DNA from: a virus
Taxonomy: Duplodnaviria > Caudoviricetes
Length of the DNA: 64,000 bases
Reading direction: 5' to 3' (one strand)
Virus record (IMG/VR): IMGVR_UViG_3300035501_000922
Shown: positions 9,238-20,374 of the stretch, in pieces
How positions within the stretch are numbered: position 1 is the first letter of the stretch
How the letters are laid out: each line of letters opens with the position of its first letter
Notes under the pieces: generated by a model
The model's database searches: none
Seen by the model: only the letters and a program-made list of their open reading frames with translations
What the model was told of the DNA's origin: nothing
Position numbers and translations under genes: made by a program

Positions 9238-12200
9238 TTATTCCTGTTCTGTTTCCTCATCATATGAAGGACCCATAAGATAGTTACGAGTTTTCATCTC
9301 GTGTTTTATTCTCTTTTCAAGTTCTTCTTTAGTAATTACAGGATTTTCTTCCAGAATTTCTTCTCTTATTTCTTTCTCTCTTTGAATGATAAAGAACTGA
9401 TAATCCGTACAAAAGTAATTCCTACCGTCAAGTTCATGTGACTTTAATTCGGTATTATTTAATGGATAAATAGCATCATCTTCATCAACAAAGTCTAATC
9501 CGATAGATAACGATTTAAGAATAACATCAAATATTTCTGCTACTCTTGAAGTATAAGAACTATCAATTTTCTGTATCGCATTACTATCAGAATCTTGGAA
9601 AAGTAAGTTTGCTAAATCACGTCTTCCTTTAATAGAAGTTCTATACATAGCATGAAATAATGCTATATCTTCCGGAATTAACGCTATAGAAAAGTTAAGT
9701 GTTTCGAACTCGCCACATTCGATTTATTACTTTATATCACTATAAAGATTAGACTATATCTTCATCCATATATTCTATTACCAAATATATGGAGCTCTCC
9801 GTTTCCACATTTCATGTGTACTCTACTCACTTCTTCATTATAATATTTCTATTATAACTATGCTTTCGATAGTCGTTGAACGTTCTTCTTATAAAGAAGC
9901 TTCGCTGCTGATTGTCTCATTGAGAGTTCCCAGCAATTAAAAGAGTTTTGCTAAATACTATTACTAGTATTTCCGCCCTGGCATTGTTAAAGCGGATGGC
10001 TGTACCGCTGTACTGCTCAAGATGTGACCTTGATTTATAACTTCTAGTGGGTAGTCCCTTGGTGTCAATAGCACCAGTACTTCTAGCACTAAATCCACGA
10101 CGGTCGGACTGTTTTAATTTCAATTATTATTCATATAGATTCGTTACATCTATATCTGTTTATACAGCTCTATGTCACCATAGAGTTTAGACTATATCAC
10201 ATCCATATATTCTGTTACTAAATATACAGACCCTTGCACTTCCACTCTACTTAGAGTGTACTCTACTCAGTTACTCACTTAGATATTTCTTCTAAGCTAC
10301 CTTTTCGATAGTCGTTGAGCTTAAACTAAATATTATATTTATTTTATATGTCTATTAATATAACTACGTATTTTTTCTTCATTGATATTATATTTTTTCG
10401 ATAATAAACGTTTGATATACTTACTCTTCATACCATGTTGGTATAAATTCTGTGCTTCTTTCTTTAAGTCTTCAGGCAATTCTCGATATGGAATAATTCC
10501 TCCAGTATAGTTACTTATATCTATTTCACTATAAAGACTGTTATAAATAGGATTACTTTTCTTTGCTAAAATATTTGATAGTGACGAATATTTTACACCA
10601 GTGATATCACTTATCTCATATAACGAATACTTATTTTGATTCATCAATTGAAATACCTGACGATATTGTTCTATCGTGTAACTTTCACGGTCATGATAAT
10701 AAGCATCTATATTATAATTTTGACTAATGTCCGTCCATGATTTATGTTTCACTATTAAATAAATCATAGCAAACGATACACCAGTGATATTTGATATTTC
10801 CCGCAATGTTAATAATCCTTCTTCTAAGTATACACAAACATCTTTAATTTGTTCACTGTCGTATATTGCTAAATGAGAATGATGACCACATTTAGCATGT
10901 TTTAATCCTGTTTTAAATGCATGAAGTATATTTTCAGATTTTGTTACCCATTCTAAATTTTCAATAGAATTGTCATGCTTATTGCCATTTTTATGGTTTA
11001 CTTCAGGTTTATTTTCAGGATTTGGTAAAAACGCTGAAGCAACGAGTCGATGTACCGCAAATTGGTATTGCTCATTATTATAAAATAAAACAACTCGTTG
11101 ATAATCATCGTCATAACCTCTAGGCTTTAAAAATTTATTAGTTTTTTCACTAAAAATTTCACCAGTTGAATATACAATATACTCAGTTTTTTCATCATTA
11201 ATATAGATATACTTTTTCATGTTTTTCACCGCCTTTTTAATTATTATCAATAAAGAAATTATTTAGTTTAAGTTGCGTGATTGTCTCTATTCTTAACCTT
11301 ATTACTATACCTTGGACGTTACTCCTCGCCATCATATTATTACTAATATGATTTAGTAGTTAAGACTTAACGAGAGTTCCCCGCAATTCACAAGGTTTTC
11401 TATGATTATTACTAACCATAGCCTCAAATTATTTTTTAAGGATATACATGTCTCCTACCCAAACTTTAGAAAGTATCTTTATCTTTCGTCCCCATTTGTT
11501 TATATAAACATTATCCGGTTGCAACCATGAATACTTTTCGAGAATATCTCTAATTCTATAAAATATTGGTTTAGTTTCCCACATTGGAGATTGATGAATA
11601 TAGATACCATTGTCAATCACATCATCAATAAAATCTTTCTTTTCGGACTCATTCATATCTAAATACATTTTTTGTATTTGTTTATGCTCGTCCTCATTAA
11701 ACTCATAAAGAATATCAAAGAAAAGTTTTTCTCTTTCCTTGTAATCTTCGTATTCTTGCATTTTCTTTCGCACCTGATGACAAATAGATGTCATCGTAAT
11801 TTCATAAAGCGGCATACTCGTTGTGCGATTAATAATAGCAAGAAGATTTAATAATAAATCAACCCTTCTACCATCTTCAGTAAAAGGCATATCTTCATCT
11901 TCTCTGATTTCTGAAATAACCGATTTGTTACCAAAACGCAATTACATTCATATAGACTCGTTACATCTATATCTGTTTATACAGCTCTATGTCACCATAG
12001 AGTTTAGACTATATCTTCATCCACATATTCTATTACCAAATATATGGAGCTCTGCACTTCCACTCTACTTAGAGTGTACTCTACTCACTTCTTCACTTAA
12101 GTATTTCTCTTAAGTTATGCTTTCGATAGTCGTTGAACGTTCTTCTATTAAGAAGCTTCGCTGCTGATTGTCTTCATGAGACCTTCCAGCAATTCACAGA

Positions 12201-13706
12201 GTTTGAAATATACATTACTGCATATTCAGGCAGTTTTTGTTTACCTGTTAATTTCTGTCCCTTAGCCAAAGGAACCACTTTACGTACAGTTATTTCAATA
12301 ACCATATTCGAAAAGGCACTGTCCAATTTTTTGTTAATCTCTACCTTTCAGTAGAAGTTCAGACTATATCTTCATCTTATACTCTATTACCAAGTATAAA
12401 GAGCTCTCCGTTTCCACTATATAAATAATGTACTCTACTCACTTCTTCACCTAGATATTTCTCCTAAGTTATGCTTTCGATAGTCGTTGAACGTTCTTCC
12501 ATTAGGAAGCTTCGCTGCTGATTGTCTCTATTCATTAGATTGTCACACTTTGGTACTAATGACCTAACAAGAGTTCCCAGCAATTAGAAGAGTTTATAGA
12601 GGGTTCGAATACCTTTAGCCCTCTTTCCATTTCTTTTCTTTGTCAAGCATTTCCAGTGCACGCTTATAAAGATAATCAACCTCTCTGGTATATTTATATC
12701 CAGAATCCATGATTTCTATACATGCATCAAGAATCTCTTTGTAATACTTATTTTGACCTCTGAGGTACTTATTAATCTGCTCTGTAAAAGCAGTATCAAC
12801 AATTTCTTCATTGTTATTATAAATAGTATAGTCAATAACTTCATTACCATTACCAATATAATAAACAATGTCGCCCTCATGAATCTGATTTAGTGATTCA
12901 CCTTTGAAATCAAATAAAAGCTGATTGTTAAATTGACGTCTGATAGCTGCAAGATGACCACTTACTGTTTCACCTATTTCAGGTAATGGTTTATACTTAC
13001 CTTTCTTATTAGGAATAAGAGAATAGGTATTATCAGGTTCACCCTGAAGATTAATGAAATAATCATTATCATTTAAACCAATAGTAATTACTTCAGTCTC
13101 AATAGATGTAAACTTGCCTGCTAAGCTTCTAGATACTACGGCAGCATCTTCTGAAGTATAAGGGTCAAGAGTATACATTACCGTTACATTACGACCATAT
13201 GCATAATTCATGTCTTCATCATAAGATGTTGACTTATACAATACAGTATTTTTGGGTATGTCATCTCCCTCTTCAAAACTATCAATAACGTCATTATTAT
13301 AGTCAAAACCAAAGTTTTCAGTAAGGTCTTCAACTTTCTTTCTGGTAATAACATCAAACTCTTCTTTTTCTGTATCAAATACAAAAAGTTTATAGATATT
13401 CGGTTCATCCAGAATCTCATCGAATTTTTCTACCTTTCTGAAAACTACAAGATTGTTTTTGGTCTGCTTATATCCTGAACTATGTTTACCAACAACGTTT
13501 TCTGCATTTGTAAAAACGTATGGAAATTCAGGATGCTGTAGATTCAAAAATTGCTTGAGGTGACTTGTAAACATAGTCGACCTCATACTGTTAATGTAGC
13601 CAGGATATGACAAAACAGTCATACCAAGCAGTGAAGACGAATTTTGATACTGTTCGTCTGCCTTGTACAGTTCTTCTTTCAAACTGTATTTCTGTACCTC
13701 TGGCAT
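9238..13706 (-). CDS. RNA polymerase beta subunit, C-terminal part; 5 exons and 4 group I introns (about 759 aa)
   Basis: Exons 13706-12618, 12323-12243, 11938-11438, 10120-9990, 9715-9238. Splicing restores the beta motifs EDA, GQKLTG|RFGNKSVI, DMPFTEDG, GDMYIL|KLKQ, SARSTG and RF|GEFE. Confidence 0.9.
9716..9989 (-). mobile_element. group I intron (beta-C intron 4, ORF-less)
   Basis: Core elements AAUUGCUGGGAA, AAUCAGCAGC, GUUCAACGACUA and AAGAUAUAGUC; P1 with U.G; terminal G at 9716; TT|T restores Phe of RFGE. Confidence 0.9.
10121..11437 (-). mobile_element. group I intron (beta-C intron 3) carrying an HNH ORF
   Basis: P, Q, R and S elements; P1 CCUU/GAGG; terminal G at 10121; ORF lies between Q and R (P6 region). 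Confidence 0.9.
10339..11220 (-). CDS. intron-encoded HNH homing endonuclease
   Basis: VHRLVASAFLPNPENKPEVNHKNGNKHDNSIENLEW followed by repeated HTH-like modules. Confidence 0.9.
   Translation of the reverse strand: MKKYIYINDEKTEYIVYSTGEIFSEKTNKFLKPRGYDDDYQRVVLFYNNEQYQFAVHRLVASAFLPNPENKPEVNHKNGNKHDNSIENLEWVTKSENILHAFKTGLKHAKCGHHSHLAIYDSEQIKDVCVYLEEGLLTLREISNITGVSFAMIYLIVKHKSWTDISQNYNIDAYYHDRESYTIEQYRQVFQLMNQNKYSLYEISDITGVKYSSLSNILAKKSNPIYNSLYSEIDISNYTGGIIPYRELPEDLKKEAQNLYQHGMKSKYIKRLLSKKYNINEEKIRSYINRHIK
11939..12242 (-). mobile_element. group I intron (beta-C intron 2, ORF-less)
   Basis: P1 CAGGU/GCCUG; full core; terminal G at 11939; splits GQKLTG|RFGNK. Confidence 0.9.
12324..12617 (-). 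mobile_element. group I intron (beta-C intron 1, ORF-less; junction ambiguous by 1 nt)
   Basis: Full core; P1 AGAGGG/CCCUCU; P10 AAAGGUAUU/AGUGCCUUU; no canonical U.G at the 5' splice site. Confidence 0.85.
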
Positions 13707-13837
13707 TTTTTTATCCTCCTTGTGTTTATTTAGCATGAAATGCAAATAAATAATATATAACCAAAACAATATTAGTTAAAAAAATGTGATTATTAATATA
13801 AAAAAATAAGGGTTACTATAAAAGTAACCCTTAGTAT

Positions 13838-14788
13838 TTATTTATCAAGCTTTATTCCACGGCGATCAAGCTCTTTCTTTACTGTGGAATACTTGCTCCT
13901 GATGCTTGAGATTGTCTCTCCCAACTCCTTTCTTAAGTTGTTTCTATCATCTATTGTATACAATAGATAAAAACGAATGAGATCTCCGTCTAACCAGAAA
14001 CCTACCCCGTATCCATTCGATACGTGGTTGCTGAACTTAGATGGCATCGGGGTTTCGCTACGCTTTTTTTCTTCACGTTTTTCTATCTCCTTACGAATGG
14101 CATCACGCTTGTGATAGCATGACGCCAATGCATTTATACAGCATATTTTCTTTACCTTCTCCCATTCTTTTGCATTGATGAGAGAGAGTACCAGATTAAG
14201 CTGTTCATCAGTCCAACCGGATACTCTTTTAGGCAACTCAATTTCATTGTTTATTTCTATCTCCTTTTCTGTCTCAGATTCAACGTCATTTTCATCAGCT
14301 TTAGCTGCTTCTAGTTTAGGTGCTTCATTGGTTTCAGATTCTTCAACATCCTCTGTACGCTTAATGACATATGGAGTTGCGTTGTTGATGTTCACCCCAT
14401 ATCTGCTCCACTCCTCACTGGTCTTTCTGACAACCTCTTTATCTGTCAGTAGACCATGAGTTAGTAGATATATGCGGACGAGAAGATCCAACCAATCCCC
14501 ATTTATCGCCCCATGATATGTAGCTTCGGCGAACTCATCCGGTGTAAATTCATACACCTTATGAGTGTCGACAAATGCTTCATACCCATTTGTCGACACT
14601 ATAGGGATAACCCCTTCCCATATCCCCCTGCGGCACGATGTTATGGAGAAGCATAATACTTTCTCAGTATCAGGGGTTATCTCCGACAACACAACATAGT
14701 TATGACGTGATATGTCACGTGTTGGATGTTTGTCCGTCATGAGGTACACGCCGCCCCTCTGCACGAAATCTATCTTTAGTCTTTTCAT
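13838..14788 (-). CDS. protein with a PemK/MazF-like N-terminal domain
   Basis: QRGGVYLM...RHNYVVLS...VLCFSITS resembles PemK RGDIY...RP.LVVS...V.PITS; then an acidic linker and a helical C-terminus. Confidence 0.5.
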   Translation of the reverse strand: MKRLKIDFVQRGGVYLMTDKHPTRDISRHNYVVLSEITPDTEKVLCFSITSCRRGIWEGVIPIVSTNGYEAFVDTHKVYEFTPDEFAEATYHGAINGDWLDLLVRIYLLTHGLLTDKEVVRKTSEEWSRYGVNINNATPYVIKRTEDVEESETNEAPKLEAAKADENDVESETEKEIEINNEIELPKRVSGWTDEQLNLVLSLINAKEWEKVKKICCINALASCYHKRDAIRKEIEKREEKKRSETPMPSKFSNHVSNGYGVGFWLDGDLIRFYLLYTIDDRNNLRKELGETISSIRSKYSTVKKELDRRGIKLDK

Positions 14789-14799
14789 AATTTACCCAC

Positions 14800-14831
14800 T
14801 TTCTCTGTTTTAACGTCTTTACAGCTGACTT
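14800..14831 (-). repeat. GTCAGCTG leader repeat, copy 1 (variant)
   Basis: AAGTCAGCTGTAAAGACGTTAAAACAGAGAA immediately upstream of the start of 13838-14788. Confidence 0.85.
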
Positions 14832-14909
14832 GATTAAAAAATAAAGACTGACGTAATGTTTCTCGCCAGCCTCTATTTTTGTTTTTCTTTATATGTATTA
14901 AATTAGAAA

Positions 14910-15452
14910 TTACTCCTCTCTAAAATCATCTTCATCGTCTTCGTCTTCGTCGTCGTAGTAGTCTTCATCGTCTTCGTCTTCGTCGTCGTAGTAGTCTTCA
15001 TCGTCTTCGTCTTCGTCGTCGTAGTAGTCTTCATCGTCTTCGTCTTCGTCGTCGTAGTAGTCTTCATCGTCGTAGTGCTCATCGTCGTATAGCGACTTCA
15101 AATCAGTGATGGCCATACTTCTAATGCATGAGTATTTATTCGTTAATAAATAAATACTCTTTTCTACATCCTTACTGTGTAGTGAGTGATGTATTTTATT
15201 AAATCTAATAAGCTCGCCACAGAACTTATGAAACCTCTGCAGTAGAAGATCAACCATCTCTTCGATGAAATCATCCTCTGTGCATCTGAGGACATACGAC
15301 GACGGCGTAGTTCTACGTAACTCCTCGTAGAAAACGTCATAAACGTTCTCTTCGATTGCTCTTTCGACAGTCGTGCACTTGTTACGCGAATTGATGAAAG
15401 ATTCTACCATTGCGGTTATTCTGTTTTCGGTTGTGTTAACATTAATATTCAT
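14910..15452 (-). CDS. hypothetical protein with an acidic tandem-repeat tail
   Basis: GGAGG RBS before ATG 15452; (YYDDEDEDDED)x4 tail. Confidence 0.75.
   Translation of the reverse strand: MNINVNTTENRITAMVESFINSRNKCTTVERAIEENVYDVFYEELRRTTPSSYVLRCTEDDFIEEMVDLLLQRFHKFCGELIRFNKIHHSLHSKDVEKSIYLLTNKYSCIRSMAITDLKSLYDDEHYDDEDYYDDEDEDDEDYYDDEDEDDEDYYDDEDEDDEDYYDDEDEDDEDDFREE
14929..15071. repeat. 33-bp perfect tandem repeat, 4.3 copies (coding)
   Basis: Unit tcttcatcgtcttcgtcttcgtcgtcgtagtag starts at 14929, 14962, 14995 and 15028. Confidence 0.95.
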
Positions 15453-15454
15453 AT

Positions 15455-15507
15455 AAATACCTCCAGTATTTTTAATGCCTTTCTTTTGACTAGGTTCAGG
15501 CGACCTA
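15455..15507 (-). promoter_or_regulatory. TAGGTCGCC pseudoknot-type 5' leader, copy 1
   Basis: TAGGTCGCCTGAACCTAGTCAAAAGAAAGGCATT..AATACTGGAGGTATT, nearly identical to 39038-39092. Confidence 0.75.
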
Positions 15508-15646
15508 ATATATTCATTATTGTACATAATCGTTTTATGTATTTCATATCCGATTACACAAAAATAATATATAATTATAAAACCTGACTTTACGGATAAA
15601 AGATAAAAAAAGAGGGAGTGAAACTTAATTCACTTCCTCAAAATAA

Positions 15647-17956
15647 TTACATAAACTCACTCATGAAACGGTCAATTTCCCAAGGAGTAATTACATTATC
15701 AGCTGTCTTTTCCAGACTAAACACAATGTCAGCTTTATCAGGGCTGTAAACCCTAATACCTCTAGCATCTATATTCAACTGAACTAACTCAGACAACTGA
15801 GTATAATAATTGTTAATAACGGCCCGAATGTTATTAACAATGCTAGAATTACTTGTTTTGATGTTATTTATAGATTGATTTGAGTCAGTACTCATATCCA
15901 TCCAGATAACTTCTCTCTCAACAAGGTCTATTGCATACGGAACGCAAACGTTCGATGGAGCAGTTAAGTCCATATTCATCGCTACTTTACTCGGGTCAAA
16001 TATCTTAGCGGCGTTCTCAAACCTCTCATATTTGCTTTCATGATAGTACTCATCGTATACATTAGCATCTATAGACGCTAATGCATTATCGATTTCCATG
16101 AATCCTGCACGTGAATTGAACTCATTAAATTTTATACTAGATGTATAACTGTGCACTGTAAAAACAGCATACCTTATACCATTTTGTACAAGAGCGTCAA
16201 TATCACAATCGGCAAATTCAGCAACACCGATACCGTCTGCATCACCTCCATTAACGATATCACCGGAATGTATTGCCAGATATCTTCCGTTTTTGCCACA
16301 TATTCTTAACTGCATATACGAAACACTACCACGTTCGATGAAGTTCTCATCGAGGAATGTGATAGATGAGTCAAGGTCAACTCTATCGCCTCTTTCAGTA
16401 TTCGTCCACCATATAAATGAACGAATAGTTTTTGTACCTGGTTTAAGTTTCCATCTTGAACCTCTTGTTGCTATCTTCGAGGTTTCAGAAGCAGACCTCT
16501 GTGAAGAAGGAACTACAAATCCATTGAACGAAGGGTCAATGTATACGTAACCCATGAAGTCTTTTTCTGCTAACTTAGCTCTGATAGCATTCGTAGCGAA
16601 CTTTATGATTGAAAGTGTATAACGCTCATCAATCGGTCGGAGTTTGTTCTCCATCACAAAAGCTGTTGTAGTCTGTCCCTTAGGGAAGAATACTCTAGGT
16701 TCGCTATCGTTATTGTTATAACGATATTCAAAGTGGTTCTTAATCTGAAGCAGTACAGGTACTGTCAGTTTGTTCGCACAGTGAATGAAGAGAGAAATAA
16801 CTTTCTCACAGGTTTCCTTATCTGCATTTCTTAACAGATAATCGAGCTTTCTTGCAAACTCACCGGGTCTCTCGATGAGCTTATCAACAGCCTCAGACCA
16901 TTTGCCTTCATTGAAAAGTTTCTCAACTTCTCCTTTCCAGCTTACAACTTTTAAGTCGCTACGAATAGCATTAAAAGCTGCTTGTACATGGTTGTACTTG
17001 GCTGAAGAATAAGAGCCCGGATGTATCTTCTCACCAACTCTTTTCCAGTATTCAGGATATCTTCCCATATCCTGAATCAGATTCTTGATATTGTTGAGTA
17101 AGTCCATCATGAACTTGTACTGCTTTCTAGGGCAGTTCTTAAACTTGGTTGGTTTAGCGAGTGAAATGTCTCCTCCAGATACTGCAACGTAATATCTGAG
17201 GACATCAGTTGCAGTCTTAAAGACATTCTTGTAGTCGTTGACATCTATATTCTCAATGCCTATCTTTTCAATAGACATATTGGTTACAAATGCCAAATTC
17301 TCTTTATAGTTAATCTCAGGAAGGACATCTCCGATTTTATGCAAATACTCGAAGTATATTGCAATCGTGTGCATATCCAGCACAGACAATGAAGTCTTGG
17401 ATGAAATAAGGTTGAAACATATTTCTCTTATGACAGAGTCATCATCTATAATGTCGATAGCCTTACACTCTTCTAAGTGCTTGATGGTTTCGAAAACCGA
17501 CTCATCATCATTATTCATGTTAGCCATGTAATGCTCTCTCTCTTCCTGAGCAGGTTGCCAATTACCATTCGACCAGTAGTGAAGAATGGCATTAATAAAC
17601 AACTCAGCGTCAGACAGGCTCATGACTTCTCTGGGGAATCCCGGATACATTGGAACATACTTAACGTCGTTACCGATAGATACATCAAGCTGTCTAAGGT
17701 ATGTTACAAGAAGCTCCTGAAGAGCATCAATGTCTGTAACCTTTTTAAGCTTGTCGATAGCTTCAGCAGTAAGAGCGTAACCTCTCTGTGCGAGCTTTAT
17801 GTTGAAAGTGCCGATGAGCTGGGTTCGAGTAGACTCGTTTACTGTGGTTTCAATACCACCTGTGCACAGACTTTTATCAAGATAAAAAGCCTCACGTCTT
17901 ACGATTGCAATGCTGGAAAGTTCCTTTACCTTCGCCATAGTTTTGTTTGTTTTCAT
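15647..17956 (-). CDS. large protein with a C-terminal TerD-like domain
   Basis: C-terminal RVDLDSS...HSGDIVNGG...GVAEFADCDI...RYAVFTVHSY is TerD-like; the N-terminal ~480 aa look helical (RPGEFARKLD). Confidence 0.7.
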   Translation of the reverse strand: MKTNKTMAKVKELSSIAIVRREAFYLDKSLCTGGIETTVNESTRTQLIGTFNIKLAQRGYALTAEAIDKLKKVTDIDALQELLVTYLRQLDVSIGNDVKYVPMYPGFPREVMSLSDAELFINAILHYWSNGNWQPAQEEREHYMANMNNDDESVFETIKHLEECKAIDIIDDDSVIREICFNLISSKTSLSVLDMHTIAIYFEYLHKIGDVLPEINYKENLAFVTNMSIEKIGIENIDVNDYKNVFKTATDVLRYYVAVSGGDISLAKPTKFKNCPRKQYKFMMDLLNNIKNLIQDMGRYPEYWKRVGEKIHPGSYSSAKYNHVQAAFNAIRSDLKVVSWKGEVEKLFNEGKWSEAVDKLIERPGEFARKLDYLLRNADKETCEKVISLFIHCANKLTVPVLLQIKNHFEYRYNNNDSEPRVFFPKGQTTTAFVMENKLRPIDERYTLSIIKFATNAIRAKLAEKDFMGYVYIDPSFNGFVVPSSQRSASETSKIATRGSRWKLKPGTKTIRSFIWWTNTERGDRVDLDSSITFLDENFIERGSVSYMQLRICGKNGRYLAIHSGDIVNGGDADGIGVAEFADCDIDALVQNGIRYAVFTVHSYTSSIKFNEFNSRAGFMEIDNALASIDANVYDEYYHESKYERFENAAKIFDPSKVAMNMDLTAPSNVCVPYAIDLVEREVIWMDMSTDSNQSINNIKTSNSSIVNNIRAVINNYYTQLSELVQLNIDARGIRVYSPDKADIVFSLEKTADNVITPWEIDRFMSEFM

Positions 17957-18019
17957 AATAACAACACTCCTTTTTAAATTATAGCTGATTCAGTGGCTTC
18001 TTTTAACTGAATCAATAGA

Positions 18020-18365
18020 ATAAAAAATAAACCGGTGATACTAAGCGCTTAGTATCACCGATTCTTTTTGTTGACCGTTTTTCTATATAACGAACTCAAT
18101 TAGCTCCATCTCTAAAGCATTAAAATTATTATCCATTAATTATTAGAAGGAAGAGAAAGAATAGGCTGAGTCCGAGTCTATATGCACATACGGTCATCTG
18201 TGCTTTTAACTACCATCGTATTACAATGGTAGCGTGCAGTCGGAGAATAAGCAATATGTCTAATAAAAATTCATACTATTACTATTTTAATTAGAAGGAA
18301 GACAACACTATAGCTCTCCGAATAAATTAGTAAGAATACAGACTAATTCTGTATCTTTAACCATT
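18020..18365 (-). ncRNA. putative structured non-coding RNA or long leader with twin bulged hairpins
   Basis: Own promoter at 18369-18378 and no ORF; two long hairpins (18241-18320, 18072-18196) share CUUCCUUCUAAU; ends at a perfect hairpin plus U-tract (18031-18062). Confidence 0.55.
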
Positions 18366-18392
18366 AAAATAATGTATAATTGAAATTAAAAA

Positions 18393-19930
18393 TCAATAAT
18401 CCATTTCTTCCTCAGGAATCTCCATTTCCTCAGGACTAATAGCTGATAATCTCGATTCAAGTGAAGGAATAATATTACTATAGAGAATTTTATACAATTC
18501 ACGGTCATTCTTAAAATCTTGGTGCATATTCTTTAATGTAAACTTATGGTCCTTATTATCTGTGAGATAATATCCATTTCTATTACCACCAAGAACACCA
18601 ATCTCTTTTGCATAGTTAACTGATGACCTTAAAGAATCAATACCACGAACTTTATCGTATATTAATGGAACAACCTGACCGGCTTGGTTAGTTCTTGATT
18701 TGATTATCTCAAGTCTAACACCAAAACCATCAACTCCATCATCTTCCATATTATACTTTTCTCCACCAACAGCAACAAATTTAATCAATATATGTGCTAG
18801 GAATTGGGGCGTTTTTCCCAAAAATATTCATATAGATTCGTTACATCTATATCTGTTTATGCAGCTCTATGTCACCATAGAAGTTTAGACTATATCTTCA
18901 TCTTTATATTCTATCACCAAATATAAAGAGCTCTCCATTTCCACTCTACTTAGAGTGTACTCTACTCAGTTACTCACTTAGATATTTCTTCTAAGCTACC
19001 TTTTCGATAGTCGTTGAACCTTACTCTTATAAAGAGTCTTGGCTGCTGATTGCCTCCCTGAGACCTCCCAGCAATTAAGAGAGTTTGTCCAGTAGCTCAT
19101 GCTACATTGGGGCAGAAAATTTTACCCGGTAACGCCTCATCTTGTTTTAAGTATAATATCTCTGAAGGTGATTTAACGATACCCATATTCGGGTTAGTCT
19201 TAATCTGATTGATAGCTATGAGTGTAATGTTAGCCGTTCTAATATATGGCATAATTTCATTAAAGAATCTACCAATTTCTCCGGTTAATCTCATTCTATC
19301 AGTCTGGGTGCCTATCTCTTCAAGCTTAGCAAGATCCTTTTTATCATTTTCATTTAAACTCATTGTAATAGTAGCAATTGAGTCAAGAATAATAACAGAC
19401 GGGACATACAGTTCAATTTCTTCACCGAACTCATTCATCTTTCCCGTGTTATATTTATAAAGGTCTGGATTACTTGTTTTTTCTTTATAAAGTTCCATTA
19501 TGGTTTTTTTCATATCTTCAAGAGTTGATTTCTCTTGTCTTAAGATATACTTACCATTACTCATATCAGTCATACTAAATTTAGTAAGAGCCTGAATACG
19601 AGAATAGTTCATGGCTTGTTCAAGGTCAAAATGAATAACAACACCATTATCAAAATCACGTACAATATTAGAAGCAATCTGTACTGCTGTTGTAGTTTTT
19701 GATGTAGAGGGTTTACCAATAAATTCAACGTATGACCCTGCTGTAATTCCTATAGATGAATATGTATCCTTGAGATTATTATTTTCGTCAAATACATTTA
19801 CTTTGTATCCCAGATAATAGTCTAACACTGGGAATCCAGTTTTATAGGAAATAACCGAAGCATTACAATCAAAGTAATTATTTTTACCACTATTACTTCT
19901 TAACGCTTCTACTAAAAAATTTTTGCCCAT
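18393..19930 (-). CDS. RecA/UvsX-like recombinase; 2 exons (about 410 aa)
   Basis: Exons 19930-19124 and 18818-18393; Walker A GKPSTSKTT, Walker B IILDS, INQIK; splicing restores LPG|GKTPQFLA. Confidence 0.9.
18819..19123 (-). mobile_element. group I intron in the recA-like gene (ORF-less)
   Basis: P1 GGGU/GCCC; full core; terminal G at 18819. Confidence 0.9.
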
Positions 19931-19993
19931 ATTTAAATCAAATCCTTTCGTTTAAATTAATAGAGAGTTAAACGAAATTTGGGTTTTAATTGG

Positions 19994-20326
19994 TTATTTA
20001 TCATTTATCTTATATATAATTTCTGAAATTACGGACATGTAATCGCTACGACCTTTCAGTTGCTTAACTACATAATCTACTAATGTTTTATCATTATTAC
20101 GTGTATAATCAGTAGTTCCTGTTGACTTTGAAGTTACAGGTTGAGATTCTATGGTCCTGTCATAAGATGAAAGACAATCTTCTATTTTTCTGTTTTCTAT
20201 TTTTACTGATTCAGGTACAATTGCCATACCTTTAGAAACTACCGTGGTTTCACCGTTTACTTTTCCACTGATAATATCAAACGGATTTGTAAGTTCACTA
20301 TCTTGTATTCTATCTAAAATACTCAT
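19994..20326 (-). CDS. hypothetical protein
   Basis: GAGGAG RBS before ATG 20326. Confidence 0.7.
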   Translation of the reverse strand: MSILDRIQDSELTNPFDIISGKVNGETTVVSKGMAIVPESVKIENRKIEDCLSSYDRTIESQPVTSKSTGTTDYTRNNDKTLVDYVVKQLKGRSDYMSVISEIIYKINDK

Positions 20327-20374
20327 TAATATTCTCCTCTCAAAATAAAAAAAAAGAGATGTTGTCATCTCTTT

